Source: Minisyncoccota bacterium (lineage in GTDB: Bacteria; Patescibacteriota; Minisyncoccia; Minisyncoccales; JAGOPM01). From it: DNA of 64,000 nucleotides. How positions within the stretch are numbered: position 1 is the stretch's first letter; each line of letters starts with the position of its first letter. This document shows, piece after piece, positions 1-9,699 of the stretch. The position numbers were made by a program, and so were the translations under genes. The notes under the pieces were generated by a model. That model was not told the DNA's origin, searched no databases, and saw only the letters and a program-made list of their open reading frames with translations. Where the stretch lies: contig JBAZJI010000001.1 of NCBI GenBank assembly GCA_041651395.1, forward strand, positions 763,920-827,919, written 5' to 3'.

Positions 1-708
1 AGGGAAAGGCAAGCCACTGGAAGAATACTGGGCGGCTGCCGTAGCAGTAGCCATAGCCGCATCGCCAGCTAAAAGCGAAACCTCTGAATCAGCGGCAGAA
101 ACCGAGGAGGTAGACAATTCATACAAATAATCATCACGAGCTCTATCAACAAGCAGAATCGGCATGCCCGGTTCGGTAATCTTAAACAACGCTTTGGCAT
201 CGGTGTCTTTTAACCTCACACAACCGTGCGAATAAGTCGAGTAAACTTTTTTTCCGCCCGGAAAATATGGCACTCCGTGTATCCAAAATTTGCCGTAAAT
301 CTGCAAAGCATAAGGCATGTAGAGCCCCTCAGCAAAAGCGAATGCTTGAGTAATTTTATTGGAAATCTTATATTGTCCGACCGGTGTTCCTCCCCAGATT
401 GGCTCATTGCCCCGGGCCAGCACAGGATATTTTCGAAATTCCTGCCCACCCTTGTAATAATGCAGGACCATTTCTGGGAAATTAATTTCAATAAAAGTCG
501 AAGAGGCTGCTATCAGGTCTGCGCGTAAATCATTTAAGTCGCGCAATACTAAGGGCTGCTCGGGCGGCTCGGCCGTTTCTTCTACTAACGGAAATTTTAT
601 CGCATGAAAAATATCATAAGTAACCTCTGGCTCCACTGACAAAAAAATTCCCCAGACAACGCCCAGAATGGAAAAGAATAAAATTGTCAGGAATATTTTG
701 AAATTCAT
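1..708 (-). CDS. L,D-transpeptidase (YkuD domain); 3' end runs off the window start
   Basis: Absent from the ORF track because there is no stop in the window. My translation from the ATG at 708 gives MNFKIFLTILFFSILGVVWG (TM) ... IHGVPYFPGGKKVYSTYSHGCVRL, the YkuD H..SHGC[IV]R catalytic motif. The frame stays open to base 1. The start overlaps the upstream stop (TGATG). Confidence 0.8.
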   Translation of the reverse strand, partial: MNFKIFLTILFFSILGVVWGIFLSVEPEVTYDIFHAIKFPLVEETAEPPEQPLVLRDLNDLRADLIAASSTFIEINFPEMVLHYYKGGQEFRKYPVLARGNEPIWGGTPVGQYKISNKITQAFAFAEGLYMPYALQIYGKFWIHGVPYFPGGKKVYSTYSHGCVRLKDTDAKALFKITEPGMPILLVDRARDDYLYELSTSSVSAADSEVSLLAGDAAMATATAAAQYSSSGLPFP

Positions 709-1013
709 CAGAAGATATATGACAAGACAAGGGTTGCTACGACGCAGGAAATAATCATAAACAAAACCCTAAACCACCACTTTTTCGAAAGCTCAGCCAA
801 AAAATCGACTGCCGGCCACATTGCTAATGTCCAAAAATAACTTAAAAGAAAAACGAGTGCAAATAATAGCCAAAAAGCTACCGAAATAATCATCAAAGGG
901 ACGGAAACAAGAAAAATCGCCCCCTGCACAATAACCAAATATGGCAGAGTGGCCATGAACAGCAGTATTCCGATGAGTAATTTTTCCCACCACTGCATGC
1001 CCCAGTATAACAT
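708..1013 (-). CDS. small integral membrane protein (3-4 TM), unknown function
   Basis: 101-aa ORF that is almost entirely hydrophobic helices. It is translationally coupled to the downstream L,D-transpeptidase. Confidence 0.5.
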   Translation of the reverse strand: MLYWGMQWWEKLLIGILLFMATLPYLVIVQGAIFLVSVPLMIISVAFWLLFALVFLLSYFWTLAMWPAVDFLAELSKKWWFRVLFMIISCVVATLVLSYIF

Positions 1014-1040
1014 CGCGGTGACAAAATAAAAATGTGGAGA

Positions 1041-2582
1041 TTAAAATAAGGATTGAGCACTGCCGGCATCCGTATTTTTAGCCGGCTTTTTGGGCAACGG
1101 TTTTGCTTGGCTACCCTTAACCAGATTATTCAAAAATTTATAAATTTCTACCATGGCCCAAGTGTCCATTTGGCAATAAGTGAGCATATCTTGAACAATT
1201 TTATCCCTTTCCCCTTGCGGTAATTTCTCATCAATTACCTTTTTCCAGCTCTTGGAAGCGGTATTACCCTCTTGAATGTTAAGCGTTTTATAGGAAAGAT
1301 GCGGGGCCACTACGGGCAAGACATTTTTAATGGAATTGCTATTACAAAAATCCGGGTGCACATAATAGCCTTTGGAAAAACTGTCCATTAAATCATACAT
1401 GCGCTTATTCATACTTTTAAGCAGCGCGGCCTGTTTGGGGCATTTCTCCGCCAGCTCAACATTGCGCTCGGTTTCAAATTTTTTATACCAAGAAACAAAC
1501 GTCCCTTTTTTACCGACTATCTTTTCAAAAGAGGCGGCTAAATCTTGTGCCGGATCGTGGGCTTGGCGGGCCAAAAATTCATAATGTTTGACGTCTGATT
1601 CTGGGCTCTCCCAAACATGCAATGAATATTGAAAAATTACCGCCTGATAAGGCCGATAACCGTCATACATGGGCAGAGCGGAGCTGTAGGTTTCGTAATC
1701 CAAAAAATAAATCGGAAATTTTATTTTCTTCAACTCCTTTTTTATACCCTCAATATCAACAAAAGGCTGTTTATTCTTAACTGCGAGGCAATATTTTTCA
1801 AATTTTTTGCCCACAAAATATCCCGAAGGCAAATCTTCAATAGCGGCTATTTTCTGCTCAGCCAACTCTTGAATTTCCTGGGGCGTCAGCCACAAATCAT
1901 AAATGGAATATTCGGGCATATTCTTCCAGCAATAATCCATAAAGGCGCATTCGTGGGGATTATTACACTGCCTGATTATCTGCACTTTGGGTTCTTCTTT
2001 AGAAGCGACAACCTTAAAAGCATTCCCGATTTGTTCGCGATAAAGTTCCAAAACTTTTCCAGCCTTGGCGGTTACCTTCTCGGCTTTGAAAAGTTTTTTA
2101 GGCTCAATTTCGCCTTGGCGCACATATTTTGAGTTGATATGGACTAAATAAAGATTGCCGACCTTGTATCCGTTCTCTTCAAAACAGTATTTTTGAAAAG
2201 CTAAATCAATCAAATGTTCACTTTTTACCCGGGAACTGCCCTTCACTTCAAAAATATCCCACTTCCCGGTTTTTTTGCTATAACGAATAATATCGGAACG
2301 ACAATAAAGATTTTTACCAGAAATCGTGGGCTGAAAAATAACTTGCGCGCCCTCATTCATCAGCTTTTGCGTTTCCCAAGCGTCACGGCTAAAATCTCCA
2401 GTCATAGCATTTTGCCCTTTGGGAAAAAGTTTGTAAGCGACTTTTTCCGCCTCATTGCCCTCCTCCATCACAGCCAAAGAAGCGGCGCTAGGCGGCGCGG
2501 CCAATTTCCTTTTATTCTTCCAAAGCCATAAATATTTTTGGCATTGGACGTATTTTAGAAAATCACTCTTGCTGATTATCAT
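1041..2582 (-). CDS. DUF2779-family protein (Cas4/RecB-like PD-(D/E)XK nuclease N-domain plus exonuclease-like C-domain)
   Basis: 513 aa. The N-terminus ISKSDFLKYVQCQKYLWL is typical of DUF2779. It also has the Cys cluster CNNPHECAFMDYCW and a YFLDYETY acidic motif. Confidence 0.65.
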   Translation of the reverse strand: MIISKSDFLKYVQCQKYLWLWKNKRKLAAPPSAASLAVMEEGNEAEKVAYKLFPKGQNAMTGDFSRDAWETQKLMNEGAQVIFQPTISGKNLYCRSDIIRYSKKTGKWDIFEVKGSSRVKSEHLIDLAFQKYCFEENGYKVGNLYLVHINSKYVRQGEIEPKKLFKAEKVTAKAGKVLELYREQIGNAFKVVASKEEPKVQIIRQCNNPHECAFMDYCWKNMPEYSIYDLWLTPQEIQELAEQKIAAIEDLPSGYFVGKKFEKYCLAVKNKQPFVDIEGIKKELKKIKFPIYFLDYETYSSALPMYDGYRPYQAVIFQYSLHVWESPESDVKHYEFLARQAHDPAQDLAASFEKIVGKKGTFVSWYKKFETERNVELAEKCPKQAALLKSMNKRMYDLMDSFSKGYYVHPDFCNSNSIKNVLPVVAPHLSYKTLNIQEGNTASKSWKKVIDEKLPQGERDKIVQDMLTYCQMDTWAMVEIYKFLNNLVKGSQAKPLPKKPAKNTDAGSAQSLF

Positions 2583-2663
2583 GCTGTTTGCATTATAGCG
2601 ACTTAACCAAATAATTAAAGGCAGCCCCGCAAATAAAATTGTCCCTTTTAGGGGGCAGTTTTA

Positions 2664-3125
2664 TTACTGTGGTTGGGGCGCATTTGGCTGCGGCTCCTGG
2701 TCTTGGGGGCCGCGGCCTGGCCCGAGGGCGCCATCGCGCAGCTGCACGGTTTGGGCAGCAATGCTGCCATCGGCATTAGCTGTGCCCATCACGGTTATAT
2801 TGGCACCTTGAACCACATCACTTATTGAACCCGTAGACATTTTGCCCACGGTCGTTTTTTCAGAAATAAAAATAATTTTAGAACCGCCATCGCGTAATTT
2901 TACCGTCAAACTTTTATCATCTTTAGAAATCACCTCGCCACTTACAAATCCGCCATTTTGACCATTACCATTTTGGCGACTACCCATGCGCTGACCATGG
3001 AAGTCACCGGGCATATTGGCAAATCCCCTCTTCTGATTGGAAGAGTATTGCATGCCAGTATAAAAAGAACCGACACCAACTAAAACCACTAGCCCTGCCG
3101 CTATCGCAATATTTTTTGTATTCAT
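2664..3125 (-). CDS. secreted beta-rich protein (DUF5666-like, tentative), last gene of the efflux operon
   Basis: 153 aa with an N-terminal signal/TM, a repeated G..V.....ITV pattern and a Pro/Gln-rich tail. It resembles the ORF at 6852-7322. Confidence 0.45.
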   Translation of the reverse strand: MNTKNIAIAAGLVVLVGVGSFYTGMQYSSNQKRGFANMPGDFHGQRMGSRQNGNGQNGGFVSGEVISKDDKSLTVKLRDGGSKIIFISEKTTVGKMSTGSISDVVQGANITVMGTANADGSIAAQTVQLRDGALGPGRGPQDQEPQPNAPQPQ

Positions 3126-3143
3126 ATTTTATTTATTAATTAA

Positions 3144-4367
3144 TTATTCGTATCTCAAAGCCTCTATTGGATTAAGCGAAGCAGCACGCTGCGCCGGATA
3201 ATAGCCAAAAGCAATGCCAATGCCTGCTGAAACTCCGAAAGCCAAAAGTACCGATTCAAAAGAAATTTTTGTGGCGATGCCACCAAAAACAGAAATACCG
3301 ACAGAGATAAGCCAACCAACAAAAACACCCAAAAGCCCGCCAACAACCGTAAGCATGATAGACTCTGCTAAAAACTGCAGGCTGATTTCTTTTTTCTTGG
3401 CGCCCACAGCTTTGCGCAAGCCGATTTCGCGCGTACGCTCTGTCACTGTAGTAAGCATCATATTCATAATGCCAATACCTCCCACTAAAAGCGAAATGGC
3501 AGCCACGGAACCTAAAAGCAATGTGAAAGTATTGGTAATCGAGGAGGCAGCCGAAGCAATATCGGCTTGATTAACCGTGCTAAAATCTGCCAAAGTCGGA
3601 TCGGCAATATTATGCCGAGAAAGCAAAAGCGAAGTTATTTCCTCCTGCATAGCCACCATGGATTGCTGGTCAACCGCCTGCACGCCAATAGTGGAAACAT
3701 ATTTGCTTCCGGTCAAAAATTGCTGCGCCGAAGTCAGAGGAATATAAATCATATCGTCTTGATTATTAAACCCGCTGCCACCTTTGGATTTAGTCACTCC
3801 GATAATTGTAAAATCAATTGATTTTATCGTGACGGTCTGACCTATTGGGTCAACTCCTTCGCCGAAAAGATCATCACGCGTCGCCGGGCCCAAAACCGCC
3901 ACTTTGGCCATAGAATCGACATGTTGAGCGGTAATAAACGAGCCGGAATCGATTTCTACATTACGCACCGCCGGATAAGTTTGGGTCACGCCGACAACGG
4001 AAGTATTCGTATTGGTCCCTTTGGCCACAACTTGACTGCGAACTGAAAGCTCAGGAGAAACTTCTTGGACTGTATAAATTCCCTCTTTGATGGCTTGCGC
4101 GTCTTCTAGGGTTAAAGACTGGGCCGAGCCACGGCCTTGGCTCACTTGATAACCCGGGCCGCGCTGCATGCTAGGCATAACCAAAACCAAATTGGAGCCC
4201 AAAGATTGGATGCGAGATTCAATACTGCTCTGCGAGCCAGCCCCAACAGCAATCATAGAGATAACTGAAGCAATACCAATGACAATACCCAAAACCGTCA
4301 GCCCCGAGCGGGCCTTATTGGCCAAAAGCGCAAAATATATTTCTTCTATTAGATCGGATATTTTCAT
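3144..4367 (-). CDS. ABC transporter permease, MacB/FtsX family
   Basis: 407 aa with an N-terminal TM, a large periplasmic domain and a C-terminal FtsX-type 3-TM bundle (REIGLRKAVGA motif). Adjacent to the ATPase. Confidence 0.9.
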   Translation of the reverse strand: MKISDLIEEIYFALLANKARSGLTVLGIVIGIASVISMIAVGAGSQSSIESRIQSLGSNLVLVMPSMQRGPGYQVSQGRGSAQSLTLEDAQAIKEGIYTVQEVSPELSVRSQVVAKGTNTNTSVVGVTQTYPAVRNVEIDSGSFITAQHVDSMAKVAVLGPATRDDLFGEGVDPIGQTVTIKSIDFTIIGVTKSKGGSGFNNQDDMIYIPLTSAQQFLTGSKYVSTIGVQAVDQQSMVAMQEEITSLLLSRHNIADPTLADFSTVNQADIASAASSITNTFTLLLGSVAAISLLVGGIGIMNMMLTTVTERTREIGLRKAVGAKKKEISLQFLAESIMLTVVGGLLGVFVGWLISVGISVFGGIATKISFESVLLAFGVSAGIGIAFGYYPAQRAASLNPIEALRYE

Positions 4368-4370
4368 GGC

Positions 4371-5054
4371 TTATTTTTTCTTTTTGTCTTCTACAATTTG
4401 CCCATCTCTTATAACTATCATGCGGTCAGCAAATTCAGCCACATCCTTTTCATGGGTAATTAAAATAATAGTCCTCTTCTGTTTTTCATTGAGCTCGCGA
4501 AAAGACTCCAAAACAACTTGGCCGGTCTTAGTATCTAAATTTCCCGTTGGCTCATCGGCCAAAATTATCGAGGGATTATTAACCAGGGCTCGGGCAATGG
4601 CTACACGCTGCATTTGGCCACCCGAAAGCTGATTGGAAAGATGATTAAAATGCTCCTTATCCAGACCCGCATATTTTAGTGATTGAACGGCCCTCTCTTT
4701 GCGGTTTTGGGATGGCACCCCGTCATAAATCAATGGCATCATAACGTTACGCAAAACCGTGGCCCGGGGCAAAAGATTAAAAGATTGAAAAACAAAGCCA
4801 ATCTTGTTTTTGCGGATGTCAGCCAATTCGTCATCGGAAAGTTTGGAAACATCTTGGCCATCCAAAAAATACTGGCCACTGCTGGGAGTGTCTAAAGCTC
4901 CAAGCACATGCATCAAGGTAGATTTGCCCGAACCCGACGGCCCAGTAATGGCGACAAATTCCCCGTCTTTAATCTTGAAACTGACCCCTTTAAGCGCTTG
5001 AGTCTGCACGTCGCCAGATTGATATATTTTAATTATATTCTTGCACTCAATCAT
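4371..5054 (-). CDS. ABC transporter ATP-binding protein (MacB/LolD type)
   Basis: Walker A GPSGSGKST, ABC signature LSGGQMQRVAIARAL, Walker B ILADEPTGNLD. Confidence 0.95.
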   Translation of the reverse strand: MIECKNIIKIYQSGDVQTQALKGVSFKIKDGEFVAITGPSGSGKSTLMHVLGALDTPSSGQYFLDGQDVSKLSDDELADIRKNKIGFVFQSFNLLPRATVLRNVMMPLIYDGVPSQNRKERAVQSLKYAGLDKEHFNHLSNQLSGGQMQRVAIARALVNNPSIILADEPTGNLDTKTGQVVLESFRELNEKQKRTIILITHEKDVAEFADRMIVIRDGQIVEDKKKK

Positions 5055-5058
5055 ACTA

Positions 5059-6843
5059 TTATCTCATCATCGGCCCTCCCCCGCCAAAAAGACTTTTCTG
5101 GTTATTTTGGTTTTGGGTCTGCGTCCGGCTGGTGGCGCTATTAGATTTTATTATCACGTAATCACCTTCAGCGAGCCCATTGACGATTTCTATATACGAA
5201 TCATTAGACAAACCGGTTTCAACGTTTTGCTTTTTGGTTTTGTTTTTTAATTCTATCCCAGTGCCGGTTGTGGCCTTATTGGCGTCAATTTTTTCATCAG
5301 CCATTTCCACATATTTTTGGCCGGCAGTTGTTTTAACGGCAGAACTAGGCACGATAAGGGCGTCGGTCACGGAATCAATTATAATCTTGGCTGAAATGGA
5401 CATTCCCGGCTTGACCCTTTGGTCTTGGACGTCAAAACCGATCTTGGCGCTATAAGTAACAACACCCTGCGACACGGTTCCGATGGAATCAATTTCAATT
5501 ACCTCTCCAGTCACATTCAAATCATTGATGGCAGAAAATGTAATATTAGCCTTTTGCCCAACTTTGACCTTGGCCGCATCCACCTCATTAAGCGCAATGG
5601 TGGCAATTTTTTGCTTAGTGACAAAAGTAACTACCGAGGCATTTGAGGAAAGTGTGTCGCCCTTAGAAACATTAACTTTAGCGATTACGCCAGCAAATGG
5701 CGCACGGACATAATAGTCATTGAGTTTTTCTTTGGCATCCAAGAGCGCATCTTGTTTTTGCTTTAAGGAAAGCTCAGAGGATTCCTTATCTAATTGAGTG
5801 GCACCCGCTTTAAGATCAGCTAAACTTTGGTTTTTTTCGGCGAGGCTTCTCTTGGCATTTTCTAAAGAGGCCTTGGCACTCTCCAAACCTGTTTGGGCCG
5901 CAAGCAAAGCGCTTTGGTGCGCGCTAGATTTGGAAGCGTAAGAATTTAAGGAAGATAAATTAGTTTCAGCTAAAGCTTGCACATTGGCCTTGTTAGCCAC
6001 CATCGTATCTTTATAGAGCTGAATAAGGGCAGCCGCTCCTTTTACGGCCTCGCTTATTTTTTTCGAGGAAGCATAAGAAATAGAAATAAGTTGTTCGATC
6101 TTCTCTTCTTCCGAAAATACACTAGTCGATTTGTATGTATCATAACTCTTGGCATAAGAATCTTTGGCGGAGTCGGAGGCCAAGCGCGCCGCGCTCCGAT
6201 AAAATTCAGCCTTATTACTCTTGTCGAAATACTTAATATTGTCCGAATAATAATCAATATCGAATCCGCTCACCCCGTAGGAACTGTTAAACAACATGGT
6301 GTTGAGACCGTTCATAATAACCGGGTAATCAATGTAAGCCGCCGCCACATTGGCGAAGCCGTCCTCGTAAGCTTTAGTGAAATTATTTTGGGCTGTTTTG
6401 GCCGCCTCCTGCGCTTGAGCCAAATTATTTTCCGCCTGCATTAAAGATAGAGCATCGGGCGGCTCGATGAGCTTCTTATAAGATATTTGAGCTGATTCTA
6501 AACCGGTTTGCGCATCCCTGATGGATTTTTGCGCTTCGCTGTCATCGAGCTTGGCAATTACCTCCCCGGTCTTCAGCTCTTGGCCGTTAAGGGCATTAAG
6601 ATAAACAAGCTGCCCGCTAGCCTGCGATTTCAAATCAACTTGGTTGGAAGCGGCCACCTGCCCGCTGCCAGAAATTGTCGAAACTAAAAGATCTTTTTTG
6701 ACTTGGATAAAAACATATTTTTCTTTGGTCGAGCCCTTACTGATGGTAATTGTGACCCAATAAGAGACAAAAACGATAGCTAAAACAAGCAAGAGGGAAA
6801 GCCATTTGTGCCTAAGCGCAAAATTTTTAATCTTTGCAATCAT
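5059..6843 (-). CDS. efflux periplasmic adaptor (HlyD/MacA family) with a very long coiled coil
   Basis: 594 aa with an N-terminal TM, an extended Ala/Gln/Ser-rich coiled-coil region and a C-terminal beta-barrel region. Located upstream of the ABC pair. Confidence 0.8.
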   Translation of the reverse strand: MIAKIKNFALRHKWLSLLLVLAIVFVSYWVTITISKGSTKEKYVFIQVKKDLLVSTISGSGQVAASNQVDLKSQASGQLVYLNALNGQELKTGEVIAKLDDSEAQKSIRDAQTGLESAQISYKKLIEPPDALSLMQAENNLAQAQEAAKTAQNNFTKAYEDGFANVAAAYIDYPVIMNGLNTMLFNSSYGVSGFDIDYYSDNIKYFDKSNKAEFYRSAARLASDSAKDSYAKSYDTYKSTSVFSEEEKIEQLISISYASSKKISEAVKGAAALIQLYKDTMVANKANVQALAETNLSSLNSYASKSSAHQSALLAAQTGLESAKASLENAKRSLAEKNQSLADLKAGATQLDKESSELSLKQKQDALLDAKEKLNDYYVRAPFAGVIAKVNVSKGDTLSSNASVVTFVTKQKIATIALNEVDAAKVKVGQKANITFSAINDLNVTGEVIEIDSIGTVSQGVVTYSAKIGFDVQDQRVKPGMSISAKIIIDSVTDALIVPSSAVKTTAGQKYVEMADEKIDANKATTGTGIELKNKTKKQNVETGLSNDSYIEIVNGLAEGDYVIIKSNSATSRTQTQNQNNQKSLFGGGGPMMR

Positions 6844-6851
6844 GTTAATAA

Positions 6852-7322
6852 TTATTTTTTGGGAGTGGTAGTGGGTGGCGGAGGCAAAACTCTGATAAAC
6901 TTGGCCTCGATTTGCCCGCTGCTGCTCGGAGAGCCGATAACTACCACCGAATCATCAATTTTCAAATCGGAGGGTTTGATGTCGTCTCGAAATTTTCTAA
7001 TAGAAGTTTCGTTATGTAAAAGTAACGATTTTTCCGTCCCATCCTTATCCCGGATAAGCAGGTTGTTGCCATCAATTTTGATTATCTGGCCAAAAGTGCC
7101 ACTGCCGGGCATAAATTCCGGCCCCTCCATCTCATTCATAAAGCCGCGCGGCGGCCCACCAAAGTTACGATGGTAATTATTGCCCCAATCCAAGGAAAAC
7201 TTCGCTTTCCGAAAACCGACCATTTGCCCTATTTGAAATGATAAAAACATCAAAGCTAATACCAAAATACCGGCCAAAACACCCCAGAAAACTTTTGATT
7301 GAAATAAACTTTCTTTTTCCAT
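6852..7322 (-). CDS. membrane-anchored beta-rich protein (DUF5666-like, tentative)
   Basis: 156 aa with an N-terminal TM. The C-terminal half, GQIIKIDGNNLLIRDKDG...VVVIGSPSSSGQIEAKFIRV, resembles the ORF at 2664-3125. Confidence 0.45.
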   Translation of the reverse strand: MEKESLFQSKVFWGVLAGILVLALMFLSFQIGQMVGFRKAKFSLDWGNNYHRNFGGPPRGFMNEMEGPEFMPGSGTFGQIIKIDGNNLLIRDKDGTEKSLLLHNETSIRKFRDDIKPSDLKIDDSVVVIGSPSSSGQIEAKFIRVLPPPPTTTPKK

Positions 7323-7323
7323 A

Positions 7324-7731
7324 TTATTGTTTTGCTAATTTATTGAAAAAGTAATAATTGCGCGCCAAGGCCGAGAAAGACCAAAGACAAAAACCCATGG
7401 CCGCCAAACTCAAAGCCAAACCCAAGGCCGGCAAAGATTCCAAAACCAATAAAGAAAAATTATCCCAATAAGCAGCCACAGCAGAGATATCGGAGAATAC
7501 CAGAGATAAATAGGCTGATAAGTTACTGGCCGCAATGGCCCGGCTGGTAGAGATTAAGGCCCAGATTAAAAGCGGCACGGAAATAAAGGAAAAGACGCCA
7601 AAAACATAAAGGCGCATTTTTAGGTCATGACGACGCTGTTCCCTAAGGGCAAAAATTATCTTTGGCAGCAAACCGCTGGGAAGAGTTTGGCCGCTATGAT
7701 AAGCCATTAATTTCTCCGTATTATTCTCCAT
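7324..7731 (-). CDS. putative membrane anti-sigma factor (assigned by position), 3 TM
   Basis: Lies immediately downstream of the ECF sigma gene. I chose the start MENNTEKL at 7731 rather than the upstream ATG at 7758. No recognisable domain, so the function is inferred from context only. Confidence 0.4.
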   Translation of the reverse strand: MENNTEKLMAYHSGQTLPSGLLPKIIFALREQRRHDLKMRLYVFGVFSFISVPLLIWALISTSRAIAASNLSAYLSLVFSDISAVAAYWDNFSLLVLESLPALGLALSLAAMGFCLWSFSALARNYYFFNKLAKQ

Positions 7732-7771
7732 ATATATAGTAATACGAAAAAAATGCACTTTTGGTGCATTT

Positions 7772-8326
7772 TTATTTAAGTTTAGCCCTTAAAGAAATCA
7801 CGGCCCGCCGGCAACGGCTTTTTAACGTATCTAACGGCTCATATAAGGCTTGGGAAATTTCTTCAAAAGTCATTTTTTCCCAATAATGCAAACTCAATAC
7901 TTCTTGCTGGCGAGGTGGCAGCTCACTAATTGCTTTATTAAGCCGGACTACTAAATCTTTTTTTTCAAAAACTTCCGAAGGAATATCTTCGGAAATTATC
8001 CCCTCCTCTACATAATTATTCCCCGCCTCGTCTTCAAAAACCGAAAAGGGCAAAATCTTTTTTTGGCGCAAATAATCAATGCAGGCATTTTTGGCAATGG
8101 CAAAAAGCCAAGTCTTAAATTTTTTTTTCGGATCAAACTTTTTCAAATTTTTCCAGGCCCGTAAAAAAACTTCCTGAGAAATATCCTGGGCTTGAGAAGA
8201 ATCGCCCACATAGCGGAAGGCAAAATTATAAATCGAATGGAGATATCTGCCCACCAAAACCTCAAAGGATTTATCGTCCCCGCTTGCCCCGGCCACTGCT
8301 AATTGTTCGTCGCTGCGAGAATCCAT
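7772..8326 (-). CDS. RNA polymerase sigma factor, ECF (sigma-70 group 4)
   Basis: Region 2 (SQEVFLRAWKNLKKFD, WLFAIAKNACIDYLR) and region 4 (LPPRQQEVLSLHYWEKMTFEEISQAL). The ORF-track N-terminal extension to 8548 crosses a tRNA gene, so I moved the start to MDSRSDE at 8326. Confidence 0.9.
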   Translation of the reverse strand: MDSRSDEQLAVAGASGDDKSFEVLVGRYLHSIYNFAFRYVGDSSQAQDISQEVFLRAWKNLKKFDPKKKFKTWLFAIAKNACIDYLRQKKILPFSVFEDEAGNNYVEEGIISEDIPSEVFEKKDLVVRLNKAISELPPRQQEVLSLHYWEKMTFEEISQALYEPLDTLKSRCRRAVISLRAKLK

Positions 8327-8469
8327 TAAATTAATAATTACAAATCTAATAATACTAACTATATCTACCCCCAACCTGTTTTTCAACTTAAAAATTCCGA
8401 CATTACGGAAAATCAACAGCCAATCCGCCAGTTGAAATTTATCGAAAAATATATTATAACAATTAAATT

Positions 8470-8559
8470 GGAGAGGTGGCTGAGTGGCCGAAGGCACCGC
8501 ACTTGAAATGCGGCATCGGGGCAACCTGATCGTGAGTTCGAATCTCACCCTCTCCGCCA
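8470..8559 (+). tRNA. tRNA-Ser (anticodon UGA), CCA encoded
   Basis: Acceptor GGAGAGG/CCTCTCC, anticodon loop CTTGAAA, long variable arm, T-loop TTCGAAT. Confidence 0.9.
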
Positions 8560-8612
8560 GATGTCCATGTTAGAATAATTAGAATAATAGAAAGTCAAAA
8601 ATAAAATATTAA

Positions 8613-9473
8613 ATGATAAAATATATGAATATTATAAAAGGCAATAAAAAAATTATTAGCTTATTAGCTATTTTAGTACTTTTAATTATTACTACCGTTG
8701 TTGCGATGTTTTTTTATAGTAAAAATATACACACGCAAACAAAACCAATAAGCCAAGTTGCAGATAAAACTCTTATTGCTAAAACCGATTTTTATGACAT
8801 TAAGGTTATATATCCAGCAGAACCGTTAGATAAAAATGGAATAATGGAACAATTCGTAAAGCAACAGATAGAGCAAAGAAAAGAAGATTGGAAGATTGGC
8901 GGCCCAGCTTATAATGATGAAAAAAATATAGAGAAGGATTTTCCCGATAGACCAAAAATGGTATATTCCTTAAATATTGTTTATAAAAAATTTACAGCAA
9001 CAAACAGAGGTACGGTTTCTTATTTATTTTTGATTTATGAATACACTGGAGGCGCCAATGGAAGTGAAAAGGTGCAGACTTTTACTTTTAATAAAAATGG
9101 TCAAGTTGCCATTGAATCGATTTTAGACACTTCTGGATATGCAACAATGAAAGGAAAAAATAAAATGCCAAATGACCTGGCTTTGTCATACCTGTTATTA
9201 GAGCAAGCTAAAAATGATAAAGAAATTTTTCCAGATATCAATACCGTACGTGATGGCCTGGGCTTATCTTACCTAAAAGATGACGGAATAACGCTGGACC
9301 ACAAGAAATGCAATTGTGATGGCTGGCTCTACGCTTCTAATCTGCAGAATTTTGTCATTACTGATAACGGCCTTACGTTTTATTTCGATAAATTAGCGAT
9401 AACCATGGGTGCCGCCGGAAGCACGGCAATAAATTTATCATGGGACGAATTGGCGCCATATTTGTCAAAATAG
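8613..9473 (+). CDS. membrane-anchored hypothetical protein (DUF3298/DUF4163-like, tentative)
   Basis: 286 aa with an N-terminal TM. The pattern VSYLFLIYEYTGGANGSEKVQTFTFNK is reminiscent of DUF3298. The start could be the ATG at 8625. Confidence 0.45.
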   Translation: MIKYMNIIKGNKKIISLLAILVLLIITTVVAMFFYSKNIHTQTKPISQVADKTLIAKTDFYDIKVIYPAEPLDKNGIMEQFVKQQIEQRKEDWKIGGPAYNDEKNIEKDFPDRPKMVYSLNIVYKKFTATNRGTVSYLFLIYEYTGGANGSEKVQTFTFNKNGQVAIESILDTSGYATMKGKNKMPNDLALSYLLLEQAKNDKEIFPDINTVRDGLGLSYLKDDGITLDHKKCNCDGWLYASNLQNFVITDNGLTFYFDKLAITMGAAGSTAINLSWDELAPYLSK

Positions 9474-9632
9474 AACCAGTCTATAACGACAGATTAATAG
9501 ATTCTTTGTGCGAATGCTGGAACTTCAAAAGAGGCTGGATTTTCCTTGTAAATTCGGCGTAATTGGCGTATAATTTTATCAACACGATGAAAAGATAATA
9601 CCCGAACTGGTTCTAACTTTGGGACATCGTCA

Positions 9633-9699
9633 CCGCCAACAAAGAATCACGCAAGGACGTGATTTTTTGTTGGCGGAATTAGCTAAAAGGGATTCGAAC
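9633..9699. repeat. orphan hairpin plus tRNA-3'-half-like motif
   Basis: Hairpin CCGCCAACAAAGAATCACG / CGTGATTTTTTGTTGGCGG, followed by AATTAGCTAAAAGGGATTCGAAC. On the minus strand this reads TTCGAATCCCTTTTAGCTAA, a T-loop/T-stem/acceptor-like string. It is homologous to 24807-24843. Confidence 0.6.

Noticed and set aside
7772-8548. ORF-track version of the ECF sigma gene, with a 74-aa N-terminal extension.
   Set aside because: The extension runs antisense through tRNA-Ser(UGA) (8470-8559) and has no sigma-factor similarity. The conserved protein begins at MDSRSDE (8326).
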